In this document: positions 8,559 through 17,252 of the stretch, piece after piece
Layout: each line of letters begins with the position of its first letter
Position numbering within the stretch: the first letter of the stretch is position 1
Source: Bacteroidales bacterium
GTDB lineage: Bacteria > Bacteroidota > Bacteroidia > Bacteroidales > P3
NCBI GenBank assembly: GCA_017613375.1
Contig: JAGADZ010000006.1
Coordinates: forward strand, 1 to 63,415
DNA: 63,415 bases
Direction: 5' to 3'
The notes under the pieces: generated by a model
The model's input: the letters and a program-made list of their open reading frames with translations, nothing else
Told to the model about the DNA's origin: nothing
Databases searched by the model: none
Position numbers and translations under genes: made by a program

Positions 8559-10196
8559 TTATTGCAACATGGCTATGTGACGGCTGACCTCGCCGATGCT
8601 CTCCTTGACGAAGTAGCGGCAGGAGTTCAGATAACGTGCGTCACGTAGACTGTCAAGTAGCAACAGGTATCCCATGATTATGTAGCTCAGCACCTCTGTC
8701 AATGCACGTGTCGTATGCTCGAAACGCTCAGATGTGGTGCCTTCCGATGCTGCCATCTCGTAGAGTTTCTTGTATTCTTCGGTGGCTTTCCGGAGGGTCT
8801 CCATGTATTTCTGCATCTCTGCATTGGGAGTGTTGGCGAGGGCTTCGGCCACACGGGTGTCGTAGCTCTCTATCTGTTTGAGATAAGCCCCGCTGGCGAT
8901 ACCTTTCATGGCGGCTACGACTTGCAACTGGCTGGTGCCTTCATAGATGCTCAGGATTCTGGCATCGCGATACAGGCGTTCGCAGGCATACTCTTTCATG
9001 AATCCGCTTCCTCCATGTACCTGGATACAGTCGTATGCACAACGGTTGGCGAATTCACTGGCATTGAGTTTCACAAGGGGTGTCAGGATATCGGCAACGC
9101 GTGAGGCGCCTTTTGAACTTGTAGAGAGGTCTACGTAGCGTGCTGTCTCGTACATAAGACTGCGAGCACCGTCGGTGCGTGAACGCATCTGGTAAAGAAG
9201 GTCTTGGACGGCGACAAACTGGTTGATGGCGTGGCCGAACTGTTCACGTGATGCAGCGTAGGCTTCAGCTTCGCGGCAGGCGGCTTCGCACAGTCCGATG
9301 GACTGGGCTCCAACACCAAGACGGGCACCGTTCATAAGAGACATGACATATTTTATCAGTCCCAGACGCCGTTCGCCGACAATCTGGCAGGGGGCGTTGG
9401 TGAACTGTAATTCTGCTGTCGGAGAGCCTTTTATACCCATTTTGTTCTCTATACGACGGACAATCATGCCGCCGTCGGCCTTGTCGAAGACAAAGTAGGA
9501 GAGACCGCGGCCGTCATTGGTGCCTTCTTCACTGCGTGCCAATACAAGGTGCAGATCGGCGTCGCCATTGGTGATGAAACGTTTTACGCCGTTCAGACGC
9601 CAGCATTTGTTTGCCTCGTCGTAGGTGGCTTTCAGGCGTACCGATTGCAGGTCGCTGCCGGCATCGGGCTCCGTGAGGTCCATGGAGCAGGTGGCTCCCT
9701 GATAGATTCTCGGAAGATATTTGTTTTTTAGCTCTTCGTTTGCAAATTGCTGAATAGTGTCGGCACAGTCCTGAAGACCCCAAATTGTGGCGAAGCCAAC
9801 GTCGGCACGTGCAATTATTTCCGCAGCCATTACGGCAGCCACACGCGGGAAATTCAGACCGTTGTATTGGCGTTCCAGAGTCATGCCGTAGAGTCCCGAC
9901 TGTATCAGTGCGTCAAGGTTCTTGCGTGTGCCGGGAGCGTAATGTACGCGTCCCTCTTCAAGTTTCGGGCCTACATGGTCTACCTCTTCGGCATTTGGAG
10001 CTATCACATCGCCTGCAATCTGGCCTAACAGGTTCATCACCATGTCGTACTGATTCACGGCTTCCTCTGCGGAGGCAGGGGCTTCGGGATGGTTGCCGGC
10101 TTCGGCGTAATTCTTCTCTTTTACTGCTACCACTTGCTCCATTTCGGGATGATGGAGGTAGAAAGATAAGTTCTCGTTATCGGTATAAAAATTCAT
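8559..10196 (-). CDS. Acyl-CoA dehydrogenase family protein (long, 545 aa)
   Basis: ACAD-like segments LTEPDAGSDL, RFITNGD and RILSIYEGTSQLQ, plus a C-terminal extension of about 100 aa. Confidence 0.85.
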   Translation of the reverse strand: MNFYTDNENLSFYLHHPEMEQVVAVKEKNYAEAGNHPEAPASAEEAVNQYDMVMNLLGQIAGDVIAPNAEEVDHVGPKLEEGRVHYAPGTRKNLDALIQSGLYGMTLERQYNGLNFPRVAAVMAAEIIARADVGFATIWGLQDCADTIQQFANEELKNKYLPRIYQGATCSMDLTEPDAGSDLQSVRLKATYDEANKCWRLNGVKRFITNGDADLHLVLARSEEGTNDGRGLSYFVFDKADGGMIVRRIENKMGIKGSPTAELQFTNAPCQIVGERRLGLIKYVMSLMNGARLGVGAQSIGLCEAACREAEAYAASREQFGHAINQFVAVQDLLYQMRSRTDGARSLMYETARYVDLSTSSKGASRVADILTPLVKLNASEFANRCAYDCIQVHGGSGFMKEYACERLYRDARILSIYEGTSQLQVVAAMKGIASGAYLKQIESYDTRVAEALANTPNAEMQKYMETLRKATEEYKKLYEMAASEGTTSERFEHTTRALTEVLSYIIMGYLLLLDSLRDARYLNSCRYFVKESIGEVSRHIAMLQ

Positions 10197-10261
10197 AATT
10201 GTCGTTGCTATAACCTCACGGTCGTTTCAGGATTTCGTCCCATGTCGCCGTGAGTATTAAT

Positions 10262-11290
10262 TTATTTCAAATTGTTTTTGTAGCAGGCCATAAACTGCGG
10301 TATCACTGTCATTACGTCACCAATGATTGTGTAGTCGGCAATGGCGTTGATAGGAGCCTCGGGGTCGGTGTTGATAGAAATTATCTTGGCACTCTGCTCC
10401 ATGCCGGCTCTGTGCTGCACGGCACCGCTGATTCCGCAGGCAATATAGAGCTTCGGACGTACTGTCACACCCGTCTGGCCTATCTGGCGTTCGCCTTCTG
10501 CAAAGCCTGCATCCACGGCGGCACGTGTAGCTCCTACGCTGCCTCCTATGAGATGTGCAAGTTGGTGGAGTATCTCGAAATTCTCTTTGCTGCCCATGCC
10601 GTAGCCGCCGGCAACGATTATCTGTGCTCCCTTGATGTCGATTTTCTGCTCTTCGATTTCTCTGCTGAGAATTTCCACAGCCTTGTCGGCAGTGTCTATT
10701 GTGGCGTCAAGTTCCACGGGAATAATGGACCCTTTGTAATTGGCATCCAGTATTTCTTTTTTCATTACGCCTTCGCGCACGGTGGCCATCTGGGGACGTG
10801 TCTCGGGACATACGATGGTGGCTATTATGTTGCCGCCGAAAGCGGGGCGCATCTGCAAAAGGATATTGTCATAGTTTTTCTTGTTCTTCATGTCCTCGTG
10901 GGAGCCAATCTCCAGAGAGGTACAGTCTGCCGTAAGGCCACAACGCAGGAACGATGCGATGCGTGGTGCCAGGTCGCGTCCGACTGACGAAGCACCGAAA
11001 AGGACGATATCGGGTTCCTGCTTCTGGATGAGCTTGGAAAGCACATCGAAGTGAGGCAGTGTGCGATAGGGTGAAAGACGTTTGTCGTCGGCAAGGAACA
11101 CATCGTCTACTCCGTAGGGGTATAGCGACTCTGCTGCTTCGCGTACATTGTAGCCAAGCACGGCGGCTTGTAGGCGTACACCCAAGCGGCTTGCCAACTG
11201 GCGACCCTTGGTGCAGAGCTCCAAACTAATGTCGGCAATCTTGTTCTGCTCCGACAATTCACAGTATACTAATACGTTATTTTTTGTCAT
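10262..11290 (-). CDS. etfA: Electron transfer flavoprotein subunit alpha (FixB-type)
   Basis: 342 aa. GLTADCTSLEIG segment, and a C-terminal FAD-binding region IVAGGYGMGS...PKLYIACGISGAVQH. Confidence 0.9.
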   Translation of the reverse strand: MTKNNVLVYCELSEQNKIADISLELCTKGRQLASRLGVRLQAAVLGYNVREAAESLYPYGVDDVFLADDKRLSPYRTLPHFDVLSKLIQKQEPDIVLFGASSVGRDLAPRIASFLRCGLTADCTSLEIGSHEDMKNKKNYDNILLQMRPAFGGNIIATIVCPETRPQMATVREGVMKKEILDANYKGSIIPVELDATIDTADKAVEILSREIEEQKIDIKGAQIIVAGGYGMGSKENFEILHQLAHLIGGSVGATRAAVDAGFAEGERQIGQTGVTVRPKLYIACGISGAVQHRAGMEQSAKIISINTDPEAPINAIADYTIIGDVMTVIPQFMACYKNNLK

Positions 11291-11304
11291 ACTTACGAAA
11301 TCAA

Positions 11305-11424
11305 GTTTCAGAATTCAAATTTCAATATTTGGAATTACCAATCCAGAGATATTATTTCAAAATTCGATATTTAAAAATAAAAATCATAGATTTAATTTCA
11401 AAATTCAAAGTTCGAAATTCAAAA
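11305..11424. repeat. AT-rich short-period quasi-palindromic repeat block (GAATTC/AATTCAAA words) filling the etfB-etfA spacer
   Basis: Contains tttcagaattcaaatttcaa ... tttcaaaattcgat ... tttcaaaattcaaagttcgaaattcaaaatt. It shares a 12-mer and an 11-mer with 38199..38267 and a 13-mer with 24955..24987. Confidence 0.7.
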
Positions 11425-12225
11425 TTACAAAATGTGTTCCTTTATCAACGTTGCGGTCAGTTCGTTTAGAGCCTCCTCGGTGGGCTCCATAACTACAGAC
11501 TCCTTATGCGCCAGCACCACATTCTCTATTTTTTTGACTTTTGTCGGAGAACCTTTAAGTCCCAGACGCTCCATATCGGCATCTATGCCGTCGGCAGTAA
11601 TCATACGCACTTCATCTTTGGCCTGTCTGAGCAGTCTGTGGGCGTTGGGGAAACGGCAGTCTGCCCCGGCAGAGGTTACTGTCACCAATACGGGTAGCTG
11701 TGCCTTCACACATTCTGTTCCTCGTTCCAGACGACGGCGAATCGTGATTGCCTTGGCGTCGATATCAAGAAGCTCTTCGGCGTAGGTGATCTGAGGTATA
11801 TCCAGCTTTTCAGCTACCTGTGGTCCCACCTGTGCCGTGTCACCGTCAATAGCCTGACGACCTCCAAAGATAACGTCGACTTTTCCCAGTTGTTTGATGG
11901 CTTGCGACAGTGCATAGGAAGTGGCAAGAGTGTCAGCCCCTGCAAAACGGGCGTCACTGAGTACAAAACCATCGTCGGCTCCGCGTGATTTAGCATCTTT
12001 GATTATCTCTGCGGCTCTCGGAGGTCCCATCGTCACCACTGTTATTGTCGCTTCTGGCATGGCGTCTTTTACTCTCAGTGCCATCTCAAGGGCTTTAAGG
12101 TCCTCGGGATTGAACACTGTTGGCAACGCCGCACGGTTCACCGTGCCGTCGGCATTCATGGCGTCGGCACCGACGTTGTGGGTGTCAGGCACCTGCTTTG
12201 CCAATACTACTATATTAAAAGCCAT
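11425..12225 (-). CDS. etfB: Electron transfer flavoprotein subunit beta (FixA-type)
   Basis: 266 aa beginning MAFNIVVLAKQVPDT, with NPEDLKALEMAL, typical of EtfB. Confidence 0.9.
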   Translation of the reverse strand: MAFNIVVLAKQVPDTHNVGADAMNADGTVNRAALPTVFNPEDLKALEMALRVKDAMPEATITVVTMGPPRAAEIIKDAKSRGADDGFVLSDARFAGADTLATSYALSQAIKQLGKVDVIFGGRQAIDGDTAQVGPQVAEKLDIPQITYAEELLDIDAKAITIRRRLERGTECVKAQLPVLVTVTSAGADCRFPNAHRLLRQAKDEVRMITADGIDADMERLGLKGSPTKVKKIENVVLAHKESVVMEPTEEALNELTATLIKEHIL

Positions 12226-12273
12226 ATCTGTTTTCGATTTTCTGTTTCGTGGAATTGTTGTCAGTAAATTGCG

Positions 12274-12525
12274 TCAAGCTTTTTTCACATATTCGATGAT
12301 ATCGCCTACGGTCTTTATCTCTTCGGCAGCTTCCTCGGGAATTGAGATGTCGAATTTCTGCTCGATAGACATGATAAGTTCCACGCTGTCAAGCGAGTCG
12401 GCGCCAAGGTCGTTGACCAGGCTCTTCTCGGGGGTGATGTCTGCTGACGATATGCCCAGTTTCTCTTCTATTATTGCGCAAATTTCACTTTCTAACTGTT
12501 CCGGTGTTAATTCTTTTACGTTCAT
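12274..12525 (-). CDS. Acyl carrier protein (divergent, probably a second ACP)
   Basis: 83 aa with the phosphopantetheine site [12 protein letters not shown]. Compared with the housekeeping AcpP as I recall it, it has an N-terminal extension of about 9 aa. Confidence 0.85.
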   Translation of the reverse strand: MNVKELTPEQLESEICAIIEEKLGISSADITPEKSLVNDLGADSLDSVELIMSIEQKFDISIPEEAAEEIKTVGDIIEYVKKA

Positions 12526-12569
12526 ATTGTGTGTTGTTTTTGTTTCATTGAATTGTTAATAATTATTTG

Positions 12570-13319
12570 TTAGTTGATGGCAAGACCGCCGTCGCAGCTT
12601 ATCACCTGTCCTGTTACATAGGAGGCGAGGTCTGAAGCCAAAAACAGCGATACATGTGCCACGTCGGTGTCATGACCGCCTCTGCGAAGAGGGATCTTGG
12701 TCATCCAGTCTTTACGCACATCTTCGGGGAGCTGCTGTGTCATAGGGGTCTCTATGAATCCAGGAGCAACGGCGTTGCAACGGATATTTCTCGAACCAAG
12801 CTCTTTGGCTATGGAACGGGTGAAGCCAATGATGCCCGCCTTGGAAGCAGAATAGTTGCATTGGCCGGCATTGCCGTTAAGACCGACGATAGAGCTGATA
12901 TTGATTATGGAACCTTGACGCTGCTTCATCATCATAGGAGCGAAAGCCTTGGTGTAGTTGAATACAGAGCGGAGGTTTACATCCATTACGAGATTCCAGT
13001 CTTCCACGCTCATACGCAGTATCAGTTGGTCTTTGGTGATACCGGCATTGTTGACAAGGATGTCAAGTCTTCCATAGTTGTCGGCAACCCATTTTGCGAC
13101 TTCCATGGCTTGTTCGTTGTCGGCGGCATTCGAGGCAAGGAAATCGGCTCTGACTCCTTTGGCACGGAGTTCGGCAAGCAGCGATTCGCTGTTCTCGTTT
13201 TCTTTCAGGTCGGTGAAGATAATGTCGGCACCTTCTTCGGCAAACAGCAGTGCATGGCTGCGACCTATTCCGCGTGACGCTCCAGTAATCAGTGCTATTT
13301 TTTTATCCAATAGTTTCAT
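12570..13319 (-). CDS. fabG: 3-oxoacyl-ACP reductase (SDR family, FabG-like)
   Basis: TGASRGIG cofactor motif, NNAG, and the catalytic YSASKAG. Confidence 0.85.
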   Translation of the reverse strand: MKLLDKKIALITGASRGIGRSHALLFAEEGADIIFTDLKENENSESLLAELRAKGVRADFLASNAADNEQAMEVAKWVADNYGRLDILVNNAGITKDQLILRMSVEDWNLVMDVNLRSVFNYTKAFAPMMMKQRQGSIINISSIVGLNGNAGQCNYSASKAGIIGFTRSIAKELGSRNIRCNAVAPGFIETPMTQQLPEDVRKDWMTKIPLRRGGHDTDVAHVSLFLASDLASYVTGQVISCDGGLAIN

Positions 13320-13415
13320 AATAATATATTTTTTGTTTTTTTTAATGGAAAAAGTTAATAGTCAAGCCAATCCAACGTCGTCCGATTGACTTAACTATTA
13401 TAACTGTAGTAATAG

Positions 13416-13832
13416 TTATTTATTGTCTACCAATGTAAAAATCAGACTGCCCTTTGCGCAGAGCTTGTCTTCAACTCTCGCTTCGGCATCGACAAAGAAC
13501 GTCAAGCCTCTTTTCGCGGTGACTTTGCCACGGATGGTGATTGTGTCTCCGGGACGGACTTGGTTTTTGAAACGCACCTTGTCCAATCCGCTGTAAAAAG
13601 GTGTACGGCCTGGCAGGTCGTCTTTTATCAAGATACAGCAGTTCTGTCCCATGATTTCACAGAGTATCACTCCGGGAACTACAGGATAACCAGGGAAATG
13701 ACCCTGCAGGAAATATTCGTCACCACGTACATGGTAGTGTCCCACAGCAATGCCGTCTTCCAAGGTTACATCGTCTACAAGCAGCATGGGCTCGCGATGC
13801 GGCAGAAAGGTCTTTATTTCATCTCTTTCCAT
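13416..13832 (-). CDS. fabZ: 3-hydroxyacyl-ACP dehydratase (FabZ-like hotdog fold)
   Basis: LPHREPMLLVD and HFPGYPVVPGVILCEIMGQ, carrying the catalytic His and Glu context. Confidence 0.8.
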   Translation of the reverse strand: MERDEIKTFLPHREPMLLVDDVTLEDGIAVGHYHVRGDEYFLQGHFPGYPVVPGVILCEIMGQNCCILIKDDLPGRTPFYSGLDKVRFKNQVRPGDTITIRGKVTAKRGLTFFVDAEARVEDKLCAKGSLIFTLVDNK

Positions 13833-13871
13833 ATTATATTATTTTATTGTTTTCAATATATATAATTACCC

Positions 13872-15107
13872 TCAGATTTTTCTAAGAGCGACACATGCAT
13901 TTTGACCACCGAAACCAAATGAATTGCTTATGGTCATCTCGGCTCCGAAATCACGTGCGGTGTGGGGAGTGTAGTCCAAATCGCAGTCTGGATCGGGTTG
14001 GTCAAGATGAATTGTCGGTGCCACTTTACCATCACGGAGTGTCAAGGCACAGATAATCATCTCTATGGCTCCCGTGGCTCCCAACATATGGCCCAACATT
14101 GATTTGGTACTGCTGATTACAGCTTGACGTGCCGCGGCCTCGCCCATGGCCTGTTTTATTGCCAGGGTCTCGGTTTTGTCATTCAGCGGTGTGCCAGTAC
14201 CGTGTGCATTGATATACAGTCTCTCGCCTTTGAAACCTGCTTCTTCCAAAGCTAAGCGTATGGCGTTAGTGGCACATTTGGCATCTGCTCTCGGTGCGGT
14301 ATAGTGGAAAGCGTCGCATGTGTTGCCATAACCACATACTTCTGCATAGATATGTGCACCGCGTTTACGTGCCAAATCGTAGTCCTCGAGAATCATAACT
14401 CCAGACCCTTCACCCATTACGAAACCTTTTCTTCTAAGGTCGAACGGTAGTGATGCGGCCATTGGGTCTTCGCTGGTTGACAATGCTTTACTGTTTGCAA
14501 AACCGGCTATTGCTATGTCGCAGATGGCAGCTTCAGCACCTCCTGTTATCATGGCGTCGGCACGGCCTTCGCGAATCATTCTATAGGCTTCGCCAATCGA
14601 ATGTGTTCCTGTGGCACAAGCCGTTACAACTGGCAGGTTTGGACCTTCGGCATGAAAGACTATGGCCACGTTGCCGGAAGCGATATTGGCAATCATCTCG
14701 GGGATGAAAAGGGGAGACACGCGGCGAGGACCTGCTTCAAGCAGTGATGTATGCTCGCGGCAGAATGTCTGGATGCCACCTGTACCGGAACCGATAGCAC
14801 AGCCAAATCGGCTGGAGTCAATATCTTTCCCCACTTCCAGACCGCTGTCTTTCATCGCCTGTGTGGCTGCGGCGATGGCATAAAGGGCATAGCGGTCATT
14901 GTGACGTACCATGGCTTTGTCTATGCCAAAATCTTCAGGATTGAAGTCCATCACTTCTGCAGCGACTTTGACGGGGAGTTTCTCGGCATCAAGTTTTTGT
15001 AATTTCTTGATGGCGCAAGTGCCTTTCAGCAGTTCGCTCCAGAAGGTCTCTATATTGTTTCCAAGTGGGGTGACGCATCCCATACCTGTGATTACTACTC
15101 GTTTCAT
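13872..15107 (-). CDS. fabF: Beta-ketoacyl-ACP synthase II
   Basis: 411 aa with the Cys-His-His triad context VVTACATGTHSIG, NAHGTGTPLND and KSMLGHMLGATG. Confidence 0.9.
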   Translation of the reverse strand: MKRVVITGMGCVTPLGNNIETFWSELLKGTCAIKKLQKLDAEKLPVKVAAEVMDFNPEDFGIDKAMVRHNDRYALYAIAAATQAMKDSGLEVGKDIDSSRFGCAIGSGTGGIQTFCREHTSLLEAGPRRVSPLFIPEMIANIASGNVAIVFHAEGPNLPVVTACATGTHSIGEAYRMIREGRADAMITGGAEAAICDIAIAGFANSKALSTSEDPMAASLPFDLRRKGFVMGEGSGVMILEDYDLARKRGAHIYAEVCGYGNTCDAFHYTAPRADAKCATNAIRLALEEAGFKGERLYINAHGTGTPLNDKTETLAIKQAMGEAAARQAVISSTKSMLGHMLGATGAIEMIICALTLRDGKVAPTIHLDQPDPDCDLDYTPHTARDFGAEMTISNSFGFGGQNACVALRKI

Positions 15108-15156
15108 TTCTATTATCTATTTGTTTCTCAATGATTATCTAAAAAATACCTCTGTT

Positions 15157-16113
15157 TTATATTTGCGACCATTTGATGAGGGCTGCTCCTGTGACAAAGC
15201 CGCCTCCGAAAGCACTGAGCATCAGGGTGGCGCCGTCGTTCAAACGGCCTTCCTTGTGCAGTTCGTCAAGCAATATTGGAATACTTGCTGACGATGTGTT
15301 GCCATAATGCTGCATGTTTGTCGGGAATTTCTCTTTGGGTTGTCCCAGATGTTCGCGGATGTTCTCAATGATTCTAAGATTGGCTTGGTGAAGCAGGAAG
15401 AGATCGATGTCCTCTGACGTCACTTTGCATTGTTTCATCAGAGTGTCGATATCCTTTATTGAGGCACTGACGGCCAGACGGAAGACCTCACGTCCAATCA
15501 TGACAAGAGGCGTGGTGCGTTCTTCTACGCGGTCGTAGGGTGTACGCTCCATCGAACGTTTGTAATACAGCACATCGGTATGTGTGTCAGCGGTCACTCT
15601 TATTCCCATCAGGTTATTGCCGGTTGTAACAACCACGGCTCCAGCACCGTCTCCAAACAGCACAGAGGTCTCTCTCTCATGCCAGTTGCAGAAACGTGTA
15701 GGTTCTTCTGCGCAGATTATCAGGATGTTCTTTGCTCTTCCGGTCTTCAGGAATGACTCGGCGATATCCAGAGCGTAAATGAATCCTGCACATGCTCCAT
15801 TCAAGTCAAAGCAAGGACATTTGCAACCTAAACGGTTCAAAAGAATACTGCTAAGTGACGGACTGACATAGCTGTTGGCTACATTTGAGCATATTACATA
15901 GTCTATTTTTGACCCTCTGATGTTCGCAGACTCTAATGCAGACATGGCAGCATCATAGGCCAAGTCGCGCAATGTTCCGGTACTTAACATTCTACGTGTT
16001 TCAATACCCGTTCTTGTTCTAATCCAGCTGTCGCTGGTGTCAAGGAATCCGGCAAGCATGTCATTGGTGACTATTTTGTCCGGAAGTGCACTTCCTGTTC
16101 CAATAATTCTCAT
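15157..16113 (-). CDS. fabH: Beta-ketoacyl-ACP synthase III
   Basis: 318 aa with LNGACAGFIYAL (Cys), LLHQANLRI (His) and YGNTSSASIP (Asn). Confidence 0.9.
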   Translation of the reverse strand: MRIIGTGSALPDKIVTNDMLAGFLDTSDSWIRTRTGIETRRMLSTGTLRDLAYDAAMSALESANIRGSKIDYVICSNVANSYVSPSLSSILLNRLGCKCPCFDLNGACAGFIYALDIAESFLKTGRAKNILIICAEEPTRFCNWHERETSVLFGDGAGAVVVTTGNNLMGIRVTADTHTDVLYYKRSMERTPYDRVEERTTPLVMIGREVFRLAVSASIKDIDTLMKQCKVTSEDIDLFLLHQANLRIIENIREHLGQPKEKFPTNMQHYGNTSSASIPILLDELHKEGRLNDGATLMLSAFGGGFVTGAALIKWSQI

Positions 16114-16243
16114 ATTAATGTTTCTATTTTAATAAACCTATATGAAGATTTCGTTTTTTTCGGGCTGCAAAGAACGAACAAATAATTAAATAAATTTTGT
16201 TAAAAACGATATTTTACACAATATTTTTGACGAAATGCCGATA

Positions 16244-16276
16244 TTTTGGGTGAAATTTTCACTTTTTGGGTGAAAT
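16244..16276 (+). promoter_or_regulatory. Perfect 13-nt direct repeat TTTTGGGTGAAAT x2 (candidate LytTR operator)
   Basis: Copies at 16244..16256 and 16264..16276, 20 bp start to start. They lie 23-55 nt upstream of the LytTR gene ATG, in the divergent region shared with fabH. Confidence 0.45.
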
Positions 16277-16298
16277 ACATAAAATTTGAATCGTTTTT

Positions 16299-17168
16299 AT
16301 GCAAAAAAGACACAATAATATACCGAAATTTCTTTCCGAAAAAAGGAGTATATGGCTATTTCTTCTTTCCGTTCTTTTCTTTGCCATATTGTTTATTTTG
16401 TTTTACAAGCCTGCCGGTTTTATGCGTACCAGCGAGCTCCTTTCTCCTTGGAATGAATATATCTATACTGCCATTCAGGTTTTTAGTGGCTTTATCATTC
16501 TTCTTGTAAGTCGTATTTCCCTCGCTCATTTTCTACAACGCCATGAAACGGATTTTTCAGGCATTGCTTTGTGGATTGCCTTGGAAATGATTGTCATTAC
16601 ATTGGTATTAAGTGTGATAGCTTCTCTTTTAAACGCCGATGAAGGTCTTGATTTTGTAGAGTTGCTTTGGCGTGTTGCTGTAAATATTATCAAAATTCTT
16701 TTTATTCCCTATGTTATTACTGTTCTGATATTTATGCTTCGAGACCGTCGTCACCAGATAGATACTCTCAGCAAAAGAATTGAGAATATGTCCGGCGGAA
16801 ACGATATGAGTAATGACAACATGAATTTCTACGACCGTGGTGGAAAACTTGTATTCTCCACACGTCGTTCCAACGTGCTTTATATTGAAGCCGCAGACAA
16901 TTACAGCAATATACATTATATTAATGAGGGGAAGGAGGAGACTTTTATCCTTCACAACTCCATGAAGCATCTCGATATATCAGACAATTACCCCAATCTA
17001 CTCCGTTGCCACAAGTCTTATATGGTCAATATTGACAATGTCAAGCTTTTACGCAAGGAAAAAGATGGTCTTCTTCTTGAACTGGCACAAGGAGCACGCT
17101 CAATCCCTGTCTCGCGGACATATAATGAAAAGGTGGTCCATTTTTTCGCCAGTGTCCCGGAGTCTTGA
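16299..17168 (+). CDS. Membrane-anchored LytTR-family DNA-binding protein
   Basis: The N-terminal roughly 150 aa has about 4 TM helices. The C-terminal LytTR domain reads VLYIEAADNYSNIHY...LLRCHKSYMVNIDNV...IPVSRTY. No receiver domain is present. Confidence 0.8.
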   Translation: MQKRHNNIPKFLSEKRSIWLFLLSVLFFAILFILFYKPAGFMRTSELLSPWNEYIYTAIQVFSGFIILLVSRISLAHFLQRHETDFSGIALWIALEMIVITLVLSVIASLLNADEGLDFVELLWRVAVNIIKILFIPYVITVLIFMLRDRRHQIDTLSKRIENMSGGNDMSNDNMNFYDRGGKLVFSTRRSNVLYIEAADNYSNIHYINEGKEETFILHNSMKHLDISDNYPNLLRCHKSYMVNIDNVKLLRKEKDGLLLELAQGARSIPVSRTYNEKVVHFFASVPES

Positions 17169-17252
17169 TCCATTAACAGAGATTGTCTGTTATAAGCCAT
17201 TCGAAAAATACAATTTTTTTTTCAGTATCTCGTTTCTTAAAAAACTATTGTT

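Noticed and set aside
10197-10261. CTCACGG ... CCGTGAG inverted repeat between etfA and the ACAD gene, and a weak hairpin in the fabZ-fabG spacer (13320..13415)
   Set aside because: The stems are short with large loops and no T-tract. That is too weak to call terminators or regulatory elements from sequence alone.
11305-11424. Possibility that the spacer repeats (here, 31141..31217, 38199..38267, 40601..40758) are CRISPR arrays
   Set aside because: The repeat units are only 6-13 nt, degenerate and contiguous. They have no unique spacers of 25-40 nt, and no cas genes are present in the window.
11208-11492. ORFs 11208..11492 and 11284..11469 translating the AATTCAAA repeat (…KFKIQSSKFKI…)
   Set aside because: They are translations of a low-complexity intergenic repeat. 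They span the etfA start and etfB stop and have no start context.
10250-13277. Plus-strand ORFs 10250..10987, 11921..12559 and 12654..13277 overlapping etfA, etfB/ACP and fabG
   Set aside because: They lie antisense to genes with clear catalytic motifs. Their composition is typical of the reverse frames of GC3-biased genes.
16246-16509. 87-aa ORF starting in the fabH/LytTR divergent region
   Set aside because: It has a non-ATG start inside the direct-repeat region and overlaps, out of frame, the LytTR gene, which has a recognisable domain. It is considered spurious.
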